A DNA stretch of 64,000 bases from Mobula hypostoma (taxonomy: Eukaryota). Positions 38,688 to 52,038 of the stretch are shown here, piece by piece. The notes under the pieces were generated by a model. The model searched no databases. It worked only from the letters and a program-made list of their open reading frames with translations, and was not told the DNA's origin. The translations under genes were made by a program, and so were the position numbers. The stretch covers positions 59,026,001 through 59,090,000 of the forward strand of contig NC_086108.1 of the NCBI RefSeq assembly GCF_963921235.1, in the 5' to 3' direction. Every line of letters starts with the position of its first letter. The first letter of the stretch is position 1.

Positions 38688-38830
38688 ACAGAAAATCTGA
38701 AGATGCTGGACATCCAAGCAACACACAGAGTCTTGCTGAAGGGTTTCGGCCCGAATTGTTGACTGTACTTTTTTTTACATCGATGTTGCCTGGCCTGCTG
38801 AGTTCCTCCAGCATTTTGTGTGTGTTGCTC
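38688..38830. mobile_element. Penelope terminal-repeat unit with 5' inversion
   Basis: agcaacacaca at left and tgtgtgttgct at right, flanking a decayed hammerhead gtcttgctgaagggtttcggcccgaattgttgactg. Confidence 0.75.
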
Positions 38831-39002
38831 AAAATAACTTTATTCACATAATGACATACAAGATGGAACTAACTAAGCATTTAAAGAGGAAAACATTTAA
38901 CAGCAGAAAAAGCAGGTTTAAAGGACTGTAGTACGTTGAAGTGTACAGTATATGGAGCTGGTCTAATATAGACATGTCTGGCCAGACAGCCATTTGAGAA
39001 AA

Positions 39003-39093
39003 CAAGAGAAAATCTGCAGATGTTGGAAATCGAAGCAACACACGCAAAATGCTGGAGGAACTCAGCAGGCCAGGTACGTCATTTTGTGTATGT
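39003..39093 (-). mobile_element. Truncated Penelope terminal-repeat unit with TSD
   Basis: TSD catttgagaaaa at 38991-39002 and 39094-39105. Confidence 0.7.
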
Positions 39094-39229
39094 CATTTGA
39101 GAAAATATTTTTATGTTTGTACAATTAGAAATCACTATTTACATTGCTGACATATGACTATTTCATTCCTCTAACTTTTTCTCTCTGTTAGTTTAGTTGA
39201 TGTGTTAGTCTGTTTTAAATAGGCAGCAG

Positions 39230-39505
39230 TGGGTGGCATGGTAGTATAGTGGTTAGCACAATGCTTTCCAGTAGCAGCGATTGGGTTCAATTTCTGCTGC
39301 TGCCTGCATGGAGTTTGTACGTTCTCCCCATGACCACGTGGGTTTCCTCTGGGTGCTGGGTTTCCTCCCATAGTCTAAAGACATACCAGCTGTTAGATTA
39401 ATTCGTCATTGTAAATTGTCCCGTGATTAGGCTAGGGTTAAATTCGGGGTTGGCTTGAAGGGCCCTCTCTGAGCTATATCTCAATAAAATAAATAAAAAT
39501 AAAAT
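39230..39505 (+). mobile_element. tRNA-derived V-SINE (HE1-like)
   Basis: A box-like ggtagtatagtggttagc, B box-like gggttcaattt, V domain ggagtttgtacgttctcccc..gtgggtttcct..ggtttcctccca, A-rich tail. Confidence 0.85.
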
Positions 39506-41835
39506 TTTAATTCTCTAACATTAAGATTCCATCACAAACAATTCTGAACTACTGAAGACTCATGAAATAACTTAAAGAATTTGCTTTTTTTTTGTAAATA
39601 TTAACCCTATTCCAATTTATCATGAGAACCTTGACCTTTGCTGGACTGGATTCCTATGGCCCCTCACCTCGGAAGCCAATCTTTGTGTGGGAGCCCTGCA
39701 GTAAATGTAACAGACATTTTAATCATGAAGAGCATCAAAGCTGAACCTGATGTTGTTTTTGCCAATATTCACAGCTGTCTAGTTTCTAGCAATCAAGACT
39801 GTTTCTTCCTCTCCCTGCCTTAAGGAACTAATTGCTCATTAGACTCCAAATCCGAGGGCATGCACAAGAAATTTAAATCTGACCGCTTTTCAAGGGGCAC
39901 ATTATGTACACACGTTATGCACATCATGTATACATGCTCATCCCTGGCATGCATAATGATCATAGGAGGAGGGATTGTAGCTCTGAACGCACTGTCCTTT
40001 GCATGCTGGAATCAATTCTATTACAGCTGATGTTAGTTAAGTCAGTAATCATTGGGATATGGATGCAGGAGTAGGACCTTCAGTTCTTAGAGCCTGAATT
40101 TGGTTAGATCAGGTTCCTCAGCTCCATTTACACACTCTTGTTTCATTTCCTTTGATGCTCTCACCTGGAATTAATAGAATCTCTGTTCACATCTGGTTTC
40201 CCATAAGACACTGTAAAATAATTCAGTCACTCTAAGGTAAAACAAATGCTTAATATTGTAGAAATTCTGCATTAAACAGACTCCAGAGAATCGCAATTCA
40301 AGTCAACAAAAGTTAGAAGTCATCATAAGCTCTGGAATGGCTAAAGAACATAAAAAAGGGCTGTGGAGAGACTGACCAGTGGACAGAACCTTGGCAGATG
40401 CAATTTGCTACAAGAAAGAATGAAGACGGTTGTCTACATTCTAAGGTTTGCAATTGGCTTATTCCCTGAATGTTAAAACTCCAGGAACCATGGAGGAGCA
40501 AAGGGATTTGGGGCATCGGTGTGCACAAAAGAACTTAAAGTGAATCAACTTGTAAAAGCAGAAATTATAAACTGAATGGAACTAATAGAATGTTGGTCTT
40601 TTTCAAAAAAAAGGCTTCATGCGATTAACAACACTAGAGCAAAACGAATTCAAATTTCAATGATTTTCCTCATATAGTGTTAACTACTAAAATAAACACA
40701 AAATGCAATTTTAGATTATTTGAAAAGTGTTTTGATTTTTCCTCCTTAGTACTTCTATTGTCTTTAATGTACAAATATTACTGATTTGCCCTTTTTTCTA
40801 AAAAGTCCTTATTTTCCAATGTAGCCCGGCACTTGCACTGTATTTTGAATGGTATCAAAATTCATAGTCACACTAAAATCTTTATTGCTAGTTTTGCAAC
40901 AAATCAATTGTGGAAGATGTTAAGAGTGATAGAGGTCAATCTTGTCCATTATTCATTGTAAGCTGGATGAGACTGCTATGGCTTGTTTTGCTGTTGTTGT
41001 TTTGCTGCTGTCATTCTGTTGTTGTTGTGTGTTTTGTTCTTCTGAACATTGTGGACACACCATGTTGGTGCTGGGATGTGTGCTGACACTTGTGGCCTGC
41101 CCCAGCATCTAATAAATTAAACAAATCTGAATCCGAATCCCAAAATGCTGGTCTTGGAAGGGATACACGGTTCAATTATCTTATTACCACAGTAGCTTCA
41201 AGGGTTAAGCTGTACCAGGTTGCAGTCCTTTGAAGACCAAAGGACAATTTAATTCAGGATTCTAAAAGATGAAAGAATTTAACAGGGCTAACCTGGGAAA
41301 GTTATTTCCTCTGGTATGGATTCCATAACAAGAAGACATAACTTAAAATTAAAGCTCAACTATTCAGGAATAAAATTGTACAAAGGAAAGTGTATATCTG
41401 AAACTCTTGCCTCTGAAAGGCTGCTGAAGCAGCATCAATTGGAATTTCCAAGAGTGATGCTGGTGATAATTCGTTCAGCTTGGGTTTCAAGTGATACAGT
41501 GAGTGGAGCAAAGATGCAGATTAAACATGATCTAAGTGAAAAACAGAGAAGGCTCAGAGTTAAATGACCTACTCTTGTTGATATGGTTCTATAATTATAT
41601 CGCAAACATACCCCAGTTTTAGAGACATAAATTTTTTTATACTATATAAAACAATAGATATGTTTAAAAGAAGTGTATTGATTTAACACTTAATATCTCC
41701 AATTTAATGATTGACTTTTCAACTTAATGTCATCAGCCACAATTGTATTGAATGGCAGAGTGAGCACAAGAAGCAGAATTATCCCACGCTGTTTCTATTT
41801 CTTCTATTCCTATGTTCTAACTCAGTCAATAATTT

Positions 41836-41965
41836 TGGCAACACACACAAATTGCTGGAGGAACTCAGCAGGTCGGGCAGCATCTATGGAAATGAATAAA
41901 CAATTGATGTTTTGGGCTGAGAACCTTCATCAGAACTGGAAAGGAAAGGGGAAGATGCCAGAATA
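41836..41965 (-). mobile_element. Penelope terminal-repeat unit
   Basis: gcaacacacacaaattgctggaggaactcagcagg...gggctgagaaccttcatcagaactgg. Confidence 0.75.
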
Positions 41966-42259
41966 AAATGGTTGTGCTTTTACAAAGTATTTCACATGGA
42001 CAGAATTGTAAAGCATATTTGGTGGCCAAAGTATTAAGAACTGAGGGATAAATACTTTTACCCCCATTTCTATCTCCATAATAATTATTCAAAATAATGA
42101 AAGTTTAAGTATATGTTGTCCATTGGAACAACCTACATCCCAAATGTGAATATAGAAAATATCCCCCTGAGTTAAGGCAAGGGATTTATAAGCTATCAGG
42201 AAATTACATATCACAATATAGTTTCAATAATCTGCCAGAGACAATATCTGGGTCCTTCA

Positions 42260-42990
42260 CATAAAACAGTACAGAATAAGAACAGGCCCTTCAGTACACA
42301 ATGTTTAATCCAATCATGATGCCAGTCCAGACTAATCCCATCTGTATGTACATGGTCAGTGTCCCTTTTCTGTGCCTGTTCATGTACCTATTTAAATTCC
42401 TCTTAAAAGATGCTATTCTATCTGCTTCTACCACTTCCCCTGGCAAAGCATTCCAGGCACCTTCCACTCATTGTGTAAAAAAACCCTGCCTTGTAAATCT
42501 CCTTTAAACTTTCTCTTGCTCATCTTAAATCTCTGCCCTGTGTATTTGATGTTTCCTCCCAGGAAAAGAGACAAACTACCTGTGCTATCTTTGCCTCTTA
42601 TGATTTTACACACTTCTTTCAGGTCACTGCTCAGCATTTGATACTCCAGAGAAAACAATCCAAATTTGTCCAACCTCTCCTTATAGCTAATGTGCTTTAA
42701 TCTAGGCAATGTCCTGGTGAACCATTCATGCATCCTCTCCAAAGTTTCAACAAACTTCCTCTAATGAGGAGATCAGAATTGCAATGCTCCAAATGCAGCC
42801 TAACTGAAGTTTTATACAGCTTCAACATAACTTGCTGATTTTTCTGATCAACGCCCTGGCCAATGAAGGCAAGAATGCCACATACCTTAGTTACCACCCT
42901 CTCTACTTGTCTTGCCACTTTCAAGGATCCATGGACTTGCACCCCAAGTTTCCTCTATATATCAGCTCCTAAAGGTCTAGTCATTGCAGC
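42260..42990 (-). mobile_element. CR1 3' fragment
   Basis: QVHGSLKVARQVERVV..GILAFIGQG..MLKLYKTSVRLHLEHC; SYKERLDKFGLFSLE. Confidence 0.85.
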
Positions 42991-43685
42991 TTTCCAGATA
43001 ATATATTTTTATTGAGTTTCACACAAATTTTGTCATACTATTTGTAAAATTTAGGTTAGTGTGCAGTTAACAGACTGATTTAAGATTTTAAACATTTTTC
43101 AGGACATGTTGAACTAGTCCAGCTCTTCTGAGAAATTACTCTGTTAAGTGATATTGGGTCAAGCATTCCAGGATGTAGATGCAGTGACAATGAAGGAACA
43201 GCAATATGCTTACAAGCTAGACAGTTTGTTATTTGGAGGGGAAGCTACAAGTGGAAGTGGTTGTAGGTTTGGGAGATGTTGTTGGAGTTTACTGTGAGTA
43301 CTGCTACTCACTTTTTAGATGTTGCAAACTGTAGCCACTGTGGTGGAGTTGCATACGTTTATGGTATTGAATAAGTGCCAATCAAATGGCTACTTTTATC
43401 CTGAATGGTTAAATAAAGAGATGTGCAGAATAATTTGACATTACATGTCCGTACTTTAATTTCTGACAAATGGATTGTGTTTAACCTAAATATGAAAAGA
43501 CACTTTTTATACTTTCATTATTTATTTTGCTGTTTTCTAGCAGACTTCAGAAGGTGACATTCTAATTTTCAAAAAGAGAATCACCTCGTTATGCCAAAAC
43601 CACATTTAGCGTAATGTGCTAAGTCGAAAGCAGAGTTTTGTAGCAAAGGATGCATGTAGCTATGGGGTGCTTCACTTTCTCTTAC

Positions 43686-43811
43686 CTGATGGTGATATAT
43701 GCTTCCAAGTTATGGTGGGCTCTGGTTTTCCATTTGCCTCACAGAAAAGAGTGACATTGCTGAATTCATTCACAACACAGCTAGAAGAAATGTCAAGAAT
43801 CTTTGGAGGAA
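43686..43811 (-). CDS. IgLON-family cell adhesion protein, internal coding exon (first half of Ig domain 2)
   Basis: 126-bp exon. Acceptor is a poly-pyrimidine tract plus AG (ttttttag|TTCCTCCAAAG); donor is CCATCAG|gtaag; phase 1-1. Translates (V)[41 protein letters not shown], recognisably similar to NEGR1/LSAMP/NTM Ig2 (VPPKI..IS....VNEG.NVTL.C.A.G.PEP.I.W.H..P). Confidence 0.93.
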
Positions 43812-44069
43812 CTAAAAAGAAAAAAAAAAGGAGACAAATGTCAATTACTCTATTATATAAATACATTATTAAAAAGTCACTGATATACAGTATCAAACAT
43901 TATTACTCATTGCTGACATCAACTGAATTGCAATCAGTGCAGAACCATGCTGCTAATGAATATTTGGCTTTATCAGGATTTCCATACAGTCAATATTGAA
44001 TAACTTGCAAGAACCCATTCAATTACAACCTACTGGAACCAAATTTGCAAAGAAGCACAGCTCTCTGCA

Positions 44070-44290
44070 AAGTAAACAATACAGATACTGCTGGACGTAT
44101 TAAAGCTTGTGGATATATCTATGGAGAGGAAAATAAAATAAAAGTTTCAGGTCAAACACCTGTGATTAGATCTCAGAACAGTGTTTCAATAGTATTCTGA
44201 GTCTTTGACCTGAAATGTAAACTCTGCTTCTCCATCTACAGATGCTGCCTGGTATGCTATGAAGTCTCATTATTTGTTTTCAGATTTCTT
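44070..44290. mobile_element. Old fold-back Penelope-type dyad; similar copies at about 47620-47870, 50590-50780 and 55370-55530
   Basis: Degenerate inverted arms (tttcaggtcaaa / tttgacctgaaa; tatctatggaga / tctccatctacagatgctgcc). Confidence 0.55.
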
Positions 44291-47180
44291 GTATGGTATT
44301 ATACTTAAATGCATGCAGCATAAGGAATGAGGTGGATGATCTTGTTGTACAGCTACAGATTGGCAGGTATGATATTGTGGCCATCACTGAGACATGGCTA
44401 AAGGATGCATGTCTCTGGGAGCCGAATATCCAAGCATACACGGTGTATTAGAAGGATAAGCAGGTAGGCAGAGGGGGTGACATGGCTTTATTGGTAAGAA
44501 ATTATATTAAGTCATTAGAAAGAGGTGACATAGGATCGGAAGGTGCAGAATCGTTATGGGTTGAGCTAAGAAATTGCAGGGGTAAAAGGACTCTGATGGC
44601 AGTTATTTATAGGCGTCCAAACAGCTGCAGTGATGTGGACTGCAAATTACAACAGGAAATAGAAAAGGCTTGTCAGAAGGGCAGTGTTATGATAATTGTG
44701 GGGGATTTTAACATGCGAGTAGATTGGGAAAATCAGGTCGGCACTGGATCTCAAGAGAGAGAATTTGTAGAATGTCTGTGAGATGGGTTTTTAGAACAGC
44801 TTGTTGTTGAGCCCACTAGGGGATCGGCTGTAATGGATTGGGTATTGTGTAATGAACCAGAGGTGATTAGAGAGATTGAGGTGAAGGAACCCTTAGGAGG
44901 CAGTGATCATAACATGATTGAGTTCACTGTGAAATTTGAGAAAAAGAAGCCGAAATCCAATGTGTCGGTATTTCGGTGGAATAAAGGAAATTACAGTGGC
45001 ATGGGAGAGGAACGAGACAAAGTTGACTGGAAAGGGATACTAGCAGGAAGGACGGCAGAGCAGCAGTGGCTGGAGTTTATGCGAGAAGTGAGGAAGGTGC
45101 AAGACAGATAGATTCCAAAAAAGAAACTTTCAAATGGAAAAAGGATGCAACCGTGGATGACAAGAGAAGTCAAAGCCAAAGTTAAAGCAAAGGAGAGGGC
45201 ATGCAAGGAAGCAAAAATTAGTGGGAAGGCAGAGGATTCGGAAGTTTTTAAAAGTTTACAAATGGAAACTAAGCAGGTCATTAAGAGGGAAAAGATGAAC
45301 TATGAAAGGAAGCTAGCAAATAATATCAAAGAGGATACTAAAAACTTTTTCGAGTATATAAGGAGCAAAAGACAGGTGAGAGTAGATATAGGACCGATAG
45401 AAAATGATGCTGGAGAAATTGTAATGGGAGATAAGGAGATGGCGGAGGAACTGAATGAGTATTTTGCATCAGTCTTCACTGAGGAAGACATCAGCAGTAT
45501 ACTGGACACTCAAGGGTGTCAGGGTCAGGGAAGAGAAGTGTGTGCAGTCACAATTACAACAGATAAAGTACTCAGGAAACTGAATAGTCTAGGGGTAGAT
45601 AAATCTCCCAGACCAGATGGAATGCACCCGTGCGTTCTGAAGGAAGTAGCTGTGGAGATTGCGGAGGCATTAGCAATGATCTTTCAAAAGTCAATAGATT
45701 CTGCATGGTTCTGGAGGACTGGAAGATTGAAAATGTCACTCCGCTATTTAAGAAGGGGGCAAGGAAGCAAAAAGGAAATTATAGACCTGTTAGCTTGACA
45801 TTGGTGGTTGGGAAATTGTTGGAGTCGATTGTCAAGGATGAGGTTATGGAGTACTTGGAGGCATATGACAAGATAGGCAGAACTCAGCATGGATTCCTTA
45901 AAGGAAAATCCTGCCTGACAAACCTATTGCAATTTTTTGAGGAAATTACAAGTAGGCTAGACAAGGGAGATGCAGTGGATGTTGTATATTTGTATTTTCA
46001 GAAGGCCTTTGACAAGGTGCCACACATGAGGCTGCTAAACAAGATAAGATCCCATGGAAATACGGGGAAGTTACATACGTGGATGGAGCATTCGCTGATT
46101 GACAGGAAACAGAGAGTGGGAATAAAGGGATCCTATTCTGGTTGGCTGCCGGTCACCAGTGGTGTTCCACAGGGTTCGTGTTGGGGCCACTTCTTTTTAC
46201 GTTGTGCATCAATGATTTGGATTATGGAATAGATGGCTTTGTGGCTAAGTTTGCCGATGATACAAAGATAGGTGGAGGGGCCGGTAGTGCTGAGGAAACA
46301 GAGAGTCTGCAGAGAGACTTGGATAGATTGGAAGAATGGGCAAAGAAGTGGCAAATGAAATACAATGTTGGAAAGTGTATAGTTATGCACCTTAGTAGAT
46401 GAAATAAATGGGTAGACTATTATTTAAATGGGGAGAGAATTCAAATTTCTGCGATGCAATGGGACTTGGGAGTCCTCGTGCAGGATACCCTTAAGGTTAA
46501 CCCCCAGGTTGAGTCGGTGGTGAAGAAGGCGAATGCAATGTTGGCATTCATTTCTAGAGGAATAGAGTATAGGAGCAGGGATGTAATGTTGAGGCTCTAT
46601 AAGGCACTGGCAAGAACTCACTTGGAGTACTGTGTGCAGTTTTGGGCTCCTTATTTAAGAATGGATGTGCTGATGTTGGAGAGGGTTCAGAGAAGGTTCA
46701 CTAGAATGATTCCGGGAATGAGAGGGTTAACATATGAGGAACGTTTGACCACTCTTGGACTGTACTCCCTGGAGTTTAAAATAATGAGGAGGGACTGCAT
46801 AGAAACATTTCGAATGTTGAAAGGCATGGACAGAGTGGATGAGGCAAAGTTGTTTTCCATGGTGGGAGAGCCTAGTACGAGAGGACATGACTTAAGGATT
46901 GAAGGGCGCCCATTCAGAACAGAGATGCAAAGAAAGTTTTTAGCCAGAGGGTGGTGAATCTGTGGAATTTGTTGCCATGGGCGGCAGTGGAGGTTAAGTT
47001 ATTGGGTGTATTTAAGGCAGAGACTGATAGCTATCTGAGTAGCCAGGGCATCAAAGGTTATAGTGAGAAGGCGGGGGAGTGGGACTAAATGGAAGAATGG
47101 ATCAGCTCATGATAAAATGGCGGAGCAGACTCGATGGGCTGAATGGCCGACTTCTGCTCCTTTATCTTATGGTCTTATAA
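44290..47180 (+). mobile_element. CR1 LINE, near-complete ORF2 (APE endonuclease plus RT) and 3' UTR, disabled
   Basis: LYLNACSIRNEVDDL, ITETW, GDFN, SDH endonuclease motifs; NYRPVSLT, KAFDKVPH, GVPQGS, KFADDTKIGG RT motifs; only a handful of stops and frameshifts; tcttatggtcttat tail. Confidence 0.95.
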
Positions 47181-48212
47181 TTTCACTTGTATACAACTAA
47201 ACAGGCATTTTCTGAAATGTCAACCCAACCTGTCAGATGAAATTGAGAGAGTTGGCAGATAAAATAGGACCGAAACTAGATGTAACTGGGTAAGGTACCT
47301 ATGTGAAACCTGCAGAATGCTAATTTGCAATTTAATTCAGTTTCAATGACACAATTAAGCCCAGTCAGTAAAATTAATATCAAGTTGTGTGGTTTTCTAT
47401 GGCAGCACATCCTTTTTAACATTAACTGTGAAAAGGGGTGTGCCTCCAAATCAACCATGAATATTTAGGCTCTGATGAAGTGACTCTCCACTGTTGGACA
47501 GCATTCATACCAGTGAACAGGTCATATCTGATTGGTTATGACAGACATTATCTCCGCAACTCAGAATTAAGTTTCTTACAGGTAACTGATTTTCTTTTAA
47601 AAACAACGAATATTGGAAGTCTTAAATAAGAACAGAAAATTCTGAAAACACTCTGCAGGAAGAGTGAAGAGAGAGACAGAATTAATGATTCCGGTCAAAG
47701 GACCTTCAATTAGTTCCTTTCCTGCTGAGATCTTCCAGCATTTTTATTCTGATTTGTTTTCTCACCTTTCCAGTTGTCAGGAAGGTTCTTCCATCTGAAA
47801 TGTTAATTCTGTTTCTCCTCCCATTGATGCTGTCTGACCTGCTGAATATTTCCAGCATTTTCTGTTTTTTTATTGCTTATTACGGAGAATAGAAATGTCT
47901 TTGTTTCTAATTCCCACTAAAAGACTGGAGATATGTTAATGAGATCTGTGACTAAAATTGCTGTAGTAGCTCAGGAAGCTAATGGACAGCACTGAAAACC
48001 TGCAAAGGTTAAAATTATCCATATTTTACTAAAAAGATGATAAAAGTGAATAATCAGCCTAATTAGAATGCACAATTAAACAAAACAGAGTGAAGCTGTC
48101 AAACCTGGAGTAGAAAGAATACAAATTTGTCTTACAACTTACATTTAAAATTTTATTGCTCAATTTATTTGACTCATTTTATGATCAACACATTTTTTAT
48201 TCTTTTCTGATA

Positions 48213-48616
48213 CAGGCAGTCCACAGGTTACAACAGGGCTCATTCCCTGAAGACTGTTCAGTATGTCAGCAATGAATAAGAACAGTGTATGGGAGACGAT
48301 CACAGAAACAGCTTAATGGAGAACAAGCAGACTCAGGAGGAGCAGCCGCTGGCCAGCCTCACCGACTCAGACAGCGAGTGAGAGTCTACTCAGTGCTGCT
48401 AGCTCAGCTGGGCTTCACACAGCCCCTGATTCCTGTAGCTTGGAAAGAGGATGTGGGTTTGGGGAGAGAAGGCATGCAAACTGCCCTGCTCCTGCCCAGC
48501 AGAAATCTCATGTAGCCTCTTCAATCCATCCCTATCCATTACACAGGTCCGCCAGATTTTTATTCGTATGTGCGGGGTGCCCATGAGTCAGGTATTCATA
48601 AACTCGGGAGGATTTG
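48213..48616. mobile_element. Possible Tigger/Tc1-mariner-type MITE
   Basis: TA-flanked ends caggcagtccacaggttac and taaactcgggaggatttg form degenerate inverted repeats; GC-richer interior. Confidence 0.4.
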
Positions 48617-48949
48617 TAGTCCTTACTTCTTCCTAGACTCGAGTTTCACAATTATTGAACATCCATCCAATGTCATGTACTAATGGTCAATGTACCAATG
48701 GAAACGTAGGAAGAAATGGTTTGTGTGTTGTTGGCCAGAAGAAACTACAGTATGCAATTAGTGTATTTGACGAATCAAGGACAGGGGAAGCAGACAAACC
48801 CATTGTCTTTGCTTCTCCCCATTTTGTGGACTCTGAACTGATTCCTGCTCTGGGATAATCTAATCAGAATAATTGAATGTGGACACAAGGAACTTCAGGT
48901 AATGTTCTGCTAAACCTGAGACCATTCTCAGATGAGTAGCTACTTATTA

Positions 48950-49499
48950 TGTAAAATGCCAGACCTACCAGAGAAGCTATTTGTAATCTTGTTAGACTCC
49001 GTATGAGTTGCCTCATTTAACTGGTTTGGACCAGTCAGAGTTGAAAGACATAAATACAGAAGGCTGAGATGGACAGAACCATGAAGCAATGTTGGCTGTA
49101 GCTTGTATAAGAACCAGTAGGAAGATGACCTAGGGAAGTGAGGTGACCTTGAGCCAATGGGATGGGGATTCACCAGTTCAGCTGATGAGGAACACTATAA
49201 GAGTCAGGAGCTCCAAATTAGCAGGAACGATAACTCTCCAGCACCCAGAGACCAACCATCGCAGATAAGGAGGACTACATGGACATGTGGAGATTGAGAC
49301 CACGAGGAATGCCTGGCCAGTGTAGACTCCTTTCCCAGGTAATACCTTTTCTATTCATTAACTATTCACAGAGGGTCAGGGATTCTACTGGGGTGCACAC
49401 AGGTAGTTAGTTTGTGAAACCACGTAAACGCTACTTGTTGGTAAAAAAAGATTCTCTGTGCCTCATTGATCTTTATTACAAGGGGTAATTCATGTAACA
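48950..49499 (+). mobile_element. Possible solo LTR
   Basis: TGTAAAATG...CATGTAACA termini (7/9 inverted match) and an internal TATAA at about 49196; no TSD seen. Confidence 0.3.
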
Positions 49500-50844
49500 G
49501 CGTGCACTTAGCCACATGCACACACATACTAACATATCAGATAAGCTGAAATATACAGTTCTTAAAAAATCACTTAGGTGAAGAACCCAAGCTAATATTT
49601 ATCAGCTAATCAAAAATATAATAAAACATATTGTTACAGCTTTATTTCCAAACATGTTAAGTCATAACTTCTAGTCATGTACATCTAATCTGATATGCCT
49701 ACTTATCAGGTAGTAAATGTTCTTTATTCCCCTTCCATCGCAATTATCATATTCAAAATGTTATGTTATTTAACTGTTCAGGTATAAAAGGAGTAGACTC
49801 CTTGCATGTAGAATGCATAGAGGCAAAGAGCATCCAATATCTGGCATCAGGCAATAAGTTGCAAATGAATGCTATGTGTCACCAGGCATTTTTCAATACT
49901 TGATGTGTGAAATCACTTATATCAGAATATATAAATTGGTGTGACTGTGTTACTAACTTATACTGAGAATCGATCCTTAAATCCTATGGTTTGCTTCAAG
50001 CCAATTCTTCATCCACTTTATTTTATCTTCTTAAATAATCACCTGTGTGGTATCTTGTTTAAGATTTTGTTAAAGTTCACATGCAACATGTCAACTATTA
50101 TTTTCCATCCATCATAGAACATTTTGGTTTACAAATACCAATTTTCATAATGCTGTGACAGCTTCTAATTACCTTGTCTATACTTAGTAGTTTCATATTT
50201 TATTAAAGGTTTCAAAAATTTCCTTACTGGAGATATTAAACTATCTGCCCAGTAATTACCCAAGACAGCTCTGCATCCCTCAAAGGTAAGTGTACACTAC
50301 ATGGTCTACACTTCAAATTAGTGAAGGAGCTAACTGATTTCTGTGACATCCATGCAGAAGCTGCATCAGATTCCTTGATTGTAGCCTGCTCTTAAATGAA
50401 TTTCAAAGCTTAGCTGGTTCATGCTTGAGGCTGTTGATAACAGTAATAAAGAGTATACAGAGCCACGGTTCATTCAATTTTACCAATTTCTCACCAATCA
50501 GATGTACACAATATATTTCAATCTTACAGATTCTGCCCGCTTCTAATAGAATGCCACTTAAACAACTCACCAAATTTTACAGAGACACAAGAAAATGAAA
50601 ATGTTGGAATGTGGACAACAATCAGCTGGAGTAACTCAACATGTCAAGCATCTTGGCCCTGATGCAGGATTTTGATCTGAAAGGTTAACAAGTCACACCC
50701 CTCTCCCACCACCACACCCCGCCATCACTCCCATCATCTCCCAGATGACGCTTAACCTGCTGAGCTCCACCAATAGATGGTTTATTGGACTATATGTCAC
50801 ACTCTGCTGAAATCAATGGAGAATAGTATTGCTGTGGGTTATAC

Positions 50845-51115
50845 TGATTTATTTAGAGATATAGTGTGGAACAAGCCCTTCTGGTCCACTGAGCCACACC
50901 ACCCAGCAACACTGACCTAATCACAGGACAATCTACAACCACTAATTAACCTACTAACCAGTACGTCTTTAGACTGTGGGAGGAAACCAGAACATCCAGA
51001 GGAAACCCACATGGTCACAGGGAGAGCATACAAACTGCTGACAGACGGCGCCGCGATTGAACTCCAAACTTTGGCACCCTGATCTGTAATAGAGTCAAGC
51101 TAACTGCTACGTTAC
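50845..51115 (-). mobile_element. V-SINE
   Basis: Reverse complement of the V domain: tctttagactgtgggaggaaacc..ggaaacccac..cagggagagcatacaaact. Confidence 0.8.
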
Positions 51116-51639
51116 CAGTGGAACCCCCAATATCTGATATTGCACCTGAATTAAATAATTTCCTTAGAAACTGGTTCAGTTCCTATAGCCTTAAAGCTTT
51201 CTGACCTATGTAGAACCTTGACTTCATGAAATCTAGTACTATACTTAGATATTTCAACTTCCATTGAGTCTCAAAGGGTAGATCTTACCAACATACCCAA
51301 ATAGCAAGAATTCAGTACATATTTTACATGGGTTAGATTAGAACATTATTATTTCACCAATGGTTGTGGCATTTCTACTTGCTACAGGAATTATAGCTGA
51401 GAAAGAAGAAAACATTAGATTTATGAAGATTGTGTTTTTTTAATCAAATCTTTGCTCTCTACAAACAGATTGACACACTTTCCAACATTTCTACTGGTTA
51501 AGCAAATCAAAAGTTTTTGCAGTGTCACTTAATCATATAATATACATAGAGGGAAGGGCAAATAAATGTTCAATGCAAGTAGGGAAGAACTATAGATGGA
51601 CACAATGTTGGACTTAAATTAGTTATTTCTCCATTTTAC

Positions 51640-52038
51640 TTTATATCCCTTGAAACGCAGAAGATTGAGGGGAAATTTGATGGAGGTATACAAAAATATG
51701 AGGGGTGTAGTTAGGGTAAATACAAGCAGATGTTTTTCCACTGAAGTTGGTGGGACTACAACTAGAGGTCATGGGCTAAGTGTGATAGGTAAAAAATTTT
51801 AGGGCAACATGAAGGGAAACTTCTTCACTCAGAGGGGCATGAGAGTAAGGAATGAGATGCCAGTACAAGTGGTGCATGTGAGCTTAAGATAAGTTTGGAT
51901 AGGTACATGGATGGTAGGGGTGTGGAGGTCTATGGTCCCAGTGCAGGTCGATGGGAGTATGCAATGTAATAGTTCAGCATGGAGTAAATGGGCTAAAGGG
52001 CCTGTTTCTGTGATGGACTTCTCTATGACTTGATGACT
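51640..52038 (+). mobile_element. CR1 3' fragment
   Basis: RRLRGNLMEVYK motif and a 3' UTR with ctatgact tail. Confidence 0.8.

Noticed and set aside
39230..39300. tRNA gene
   Set aside because: Degenerate A/B boxes followed by a V domain and A tail mark it as a SINE head.
43672..43896. 74-aa ORF as a standalone gene
   Set aside because: Only 43686-43811 is exon; the FFFFL stretch is the poly-pyrimidine tract and GKRK reads through the donor.
44290..47180. Active CR1
   Set aside because: In-frame stops (for example about 44448 and 44779), frameshifts and no ORF1 or 5' UTR.
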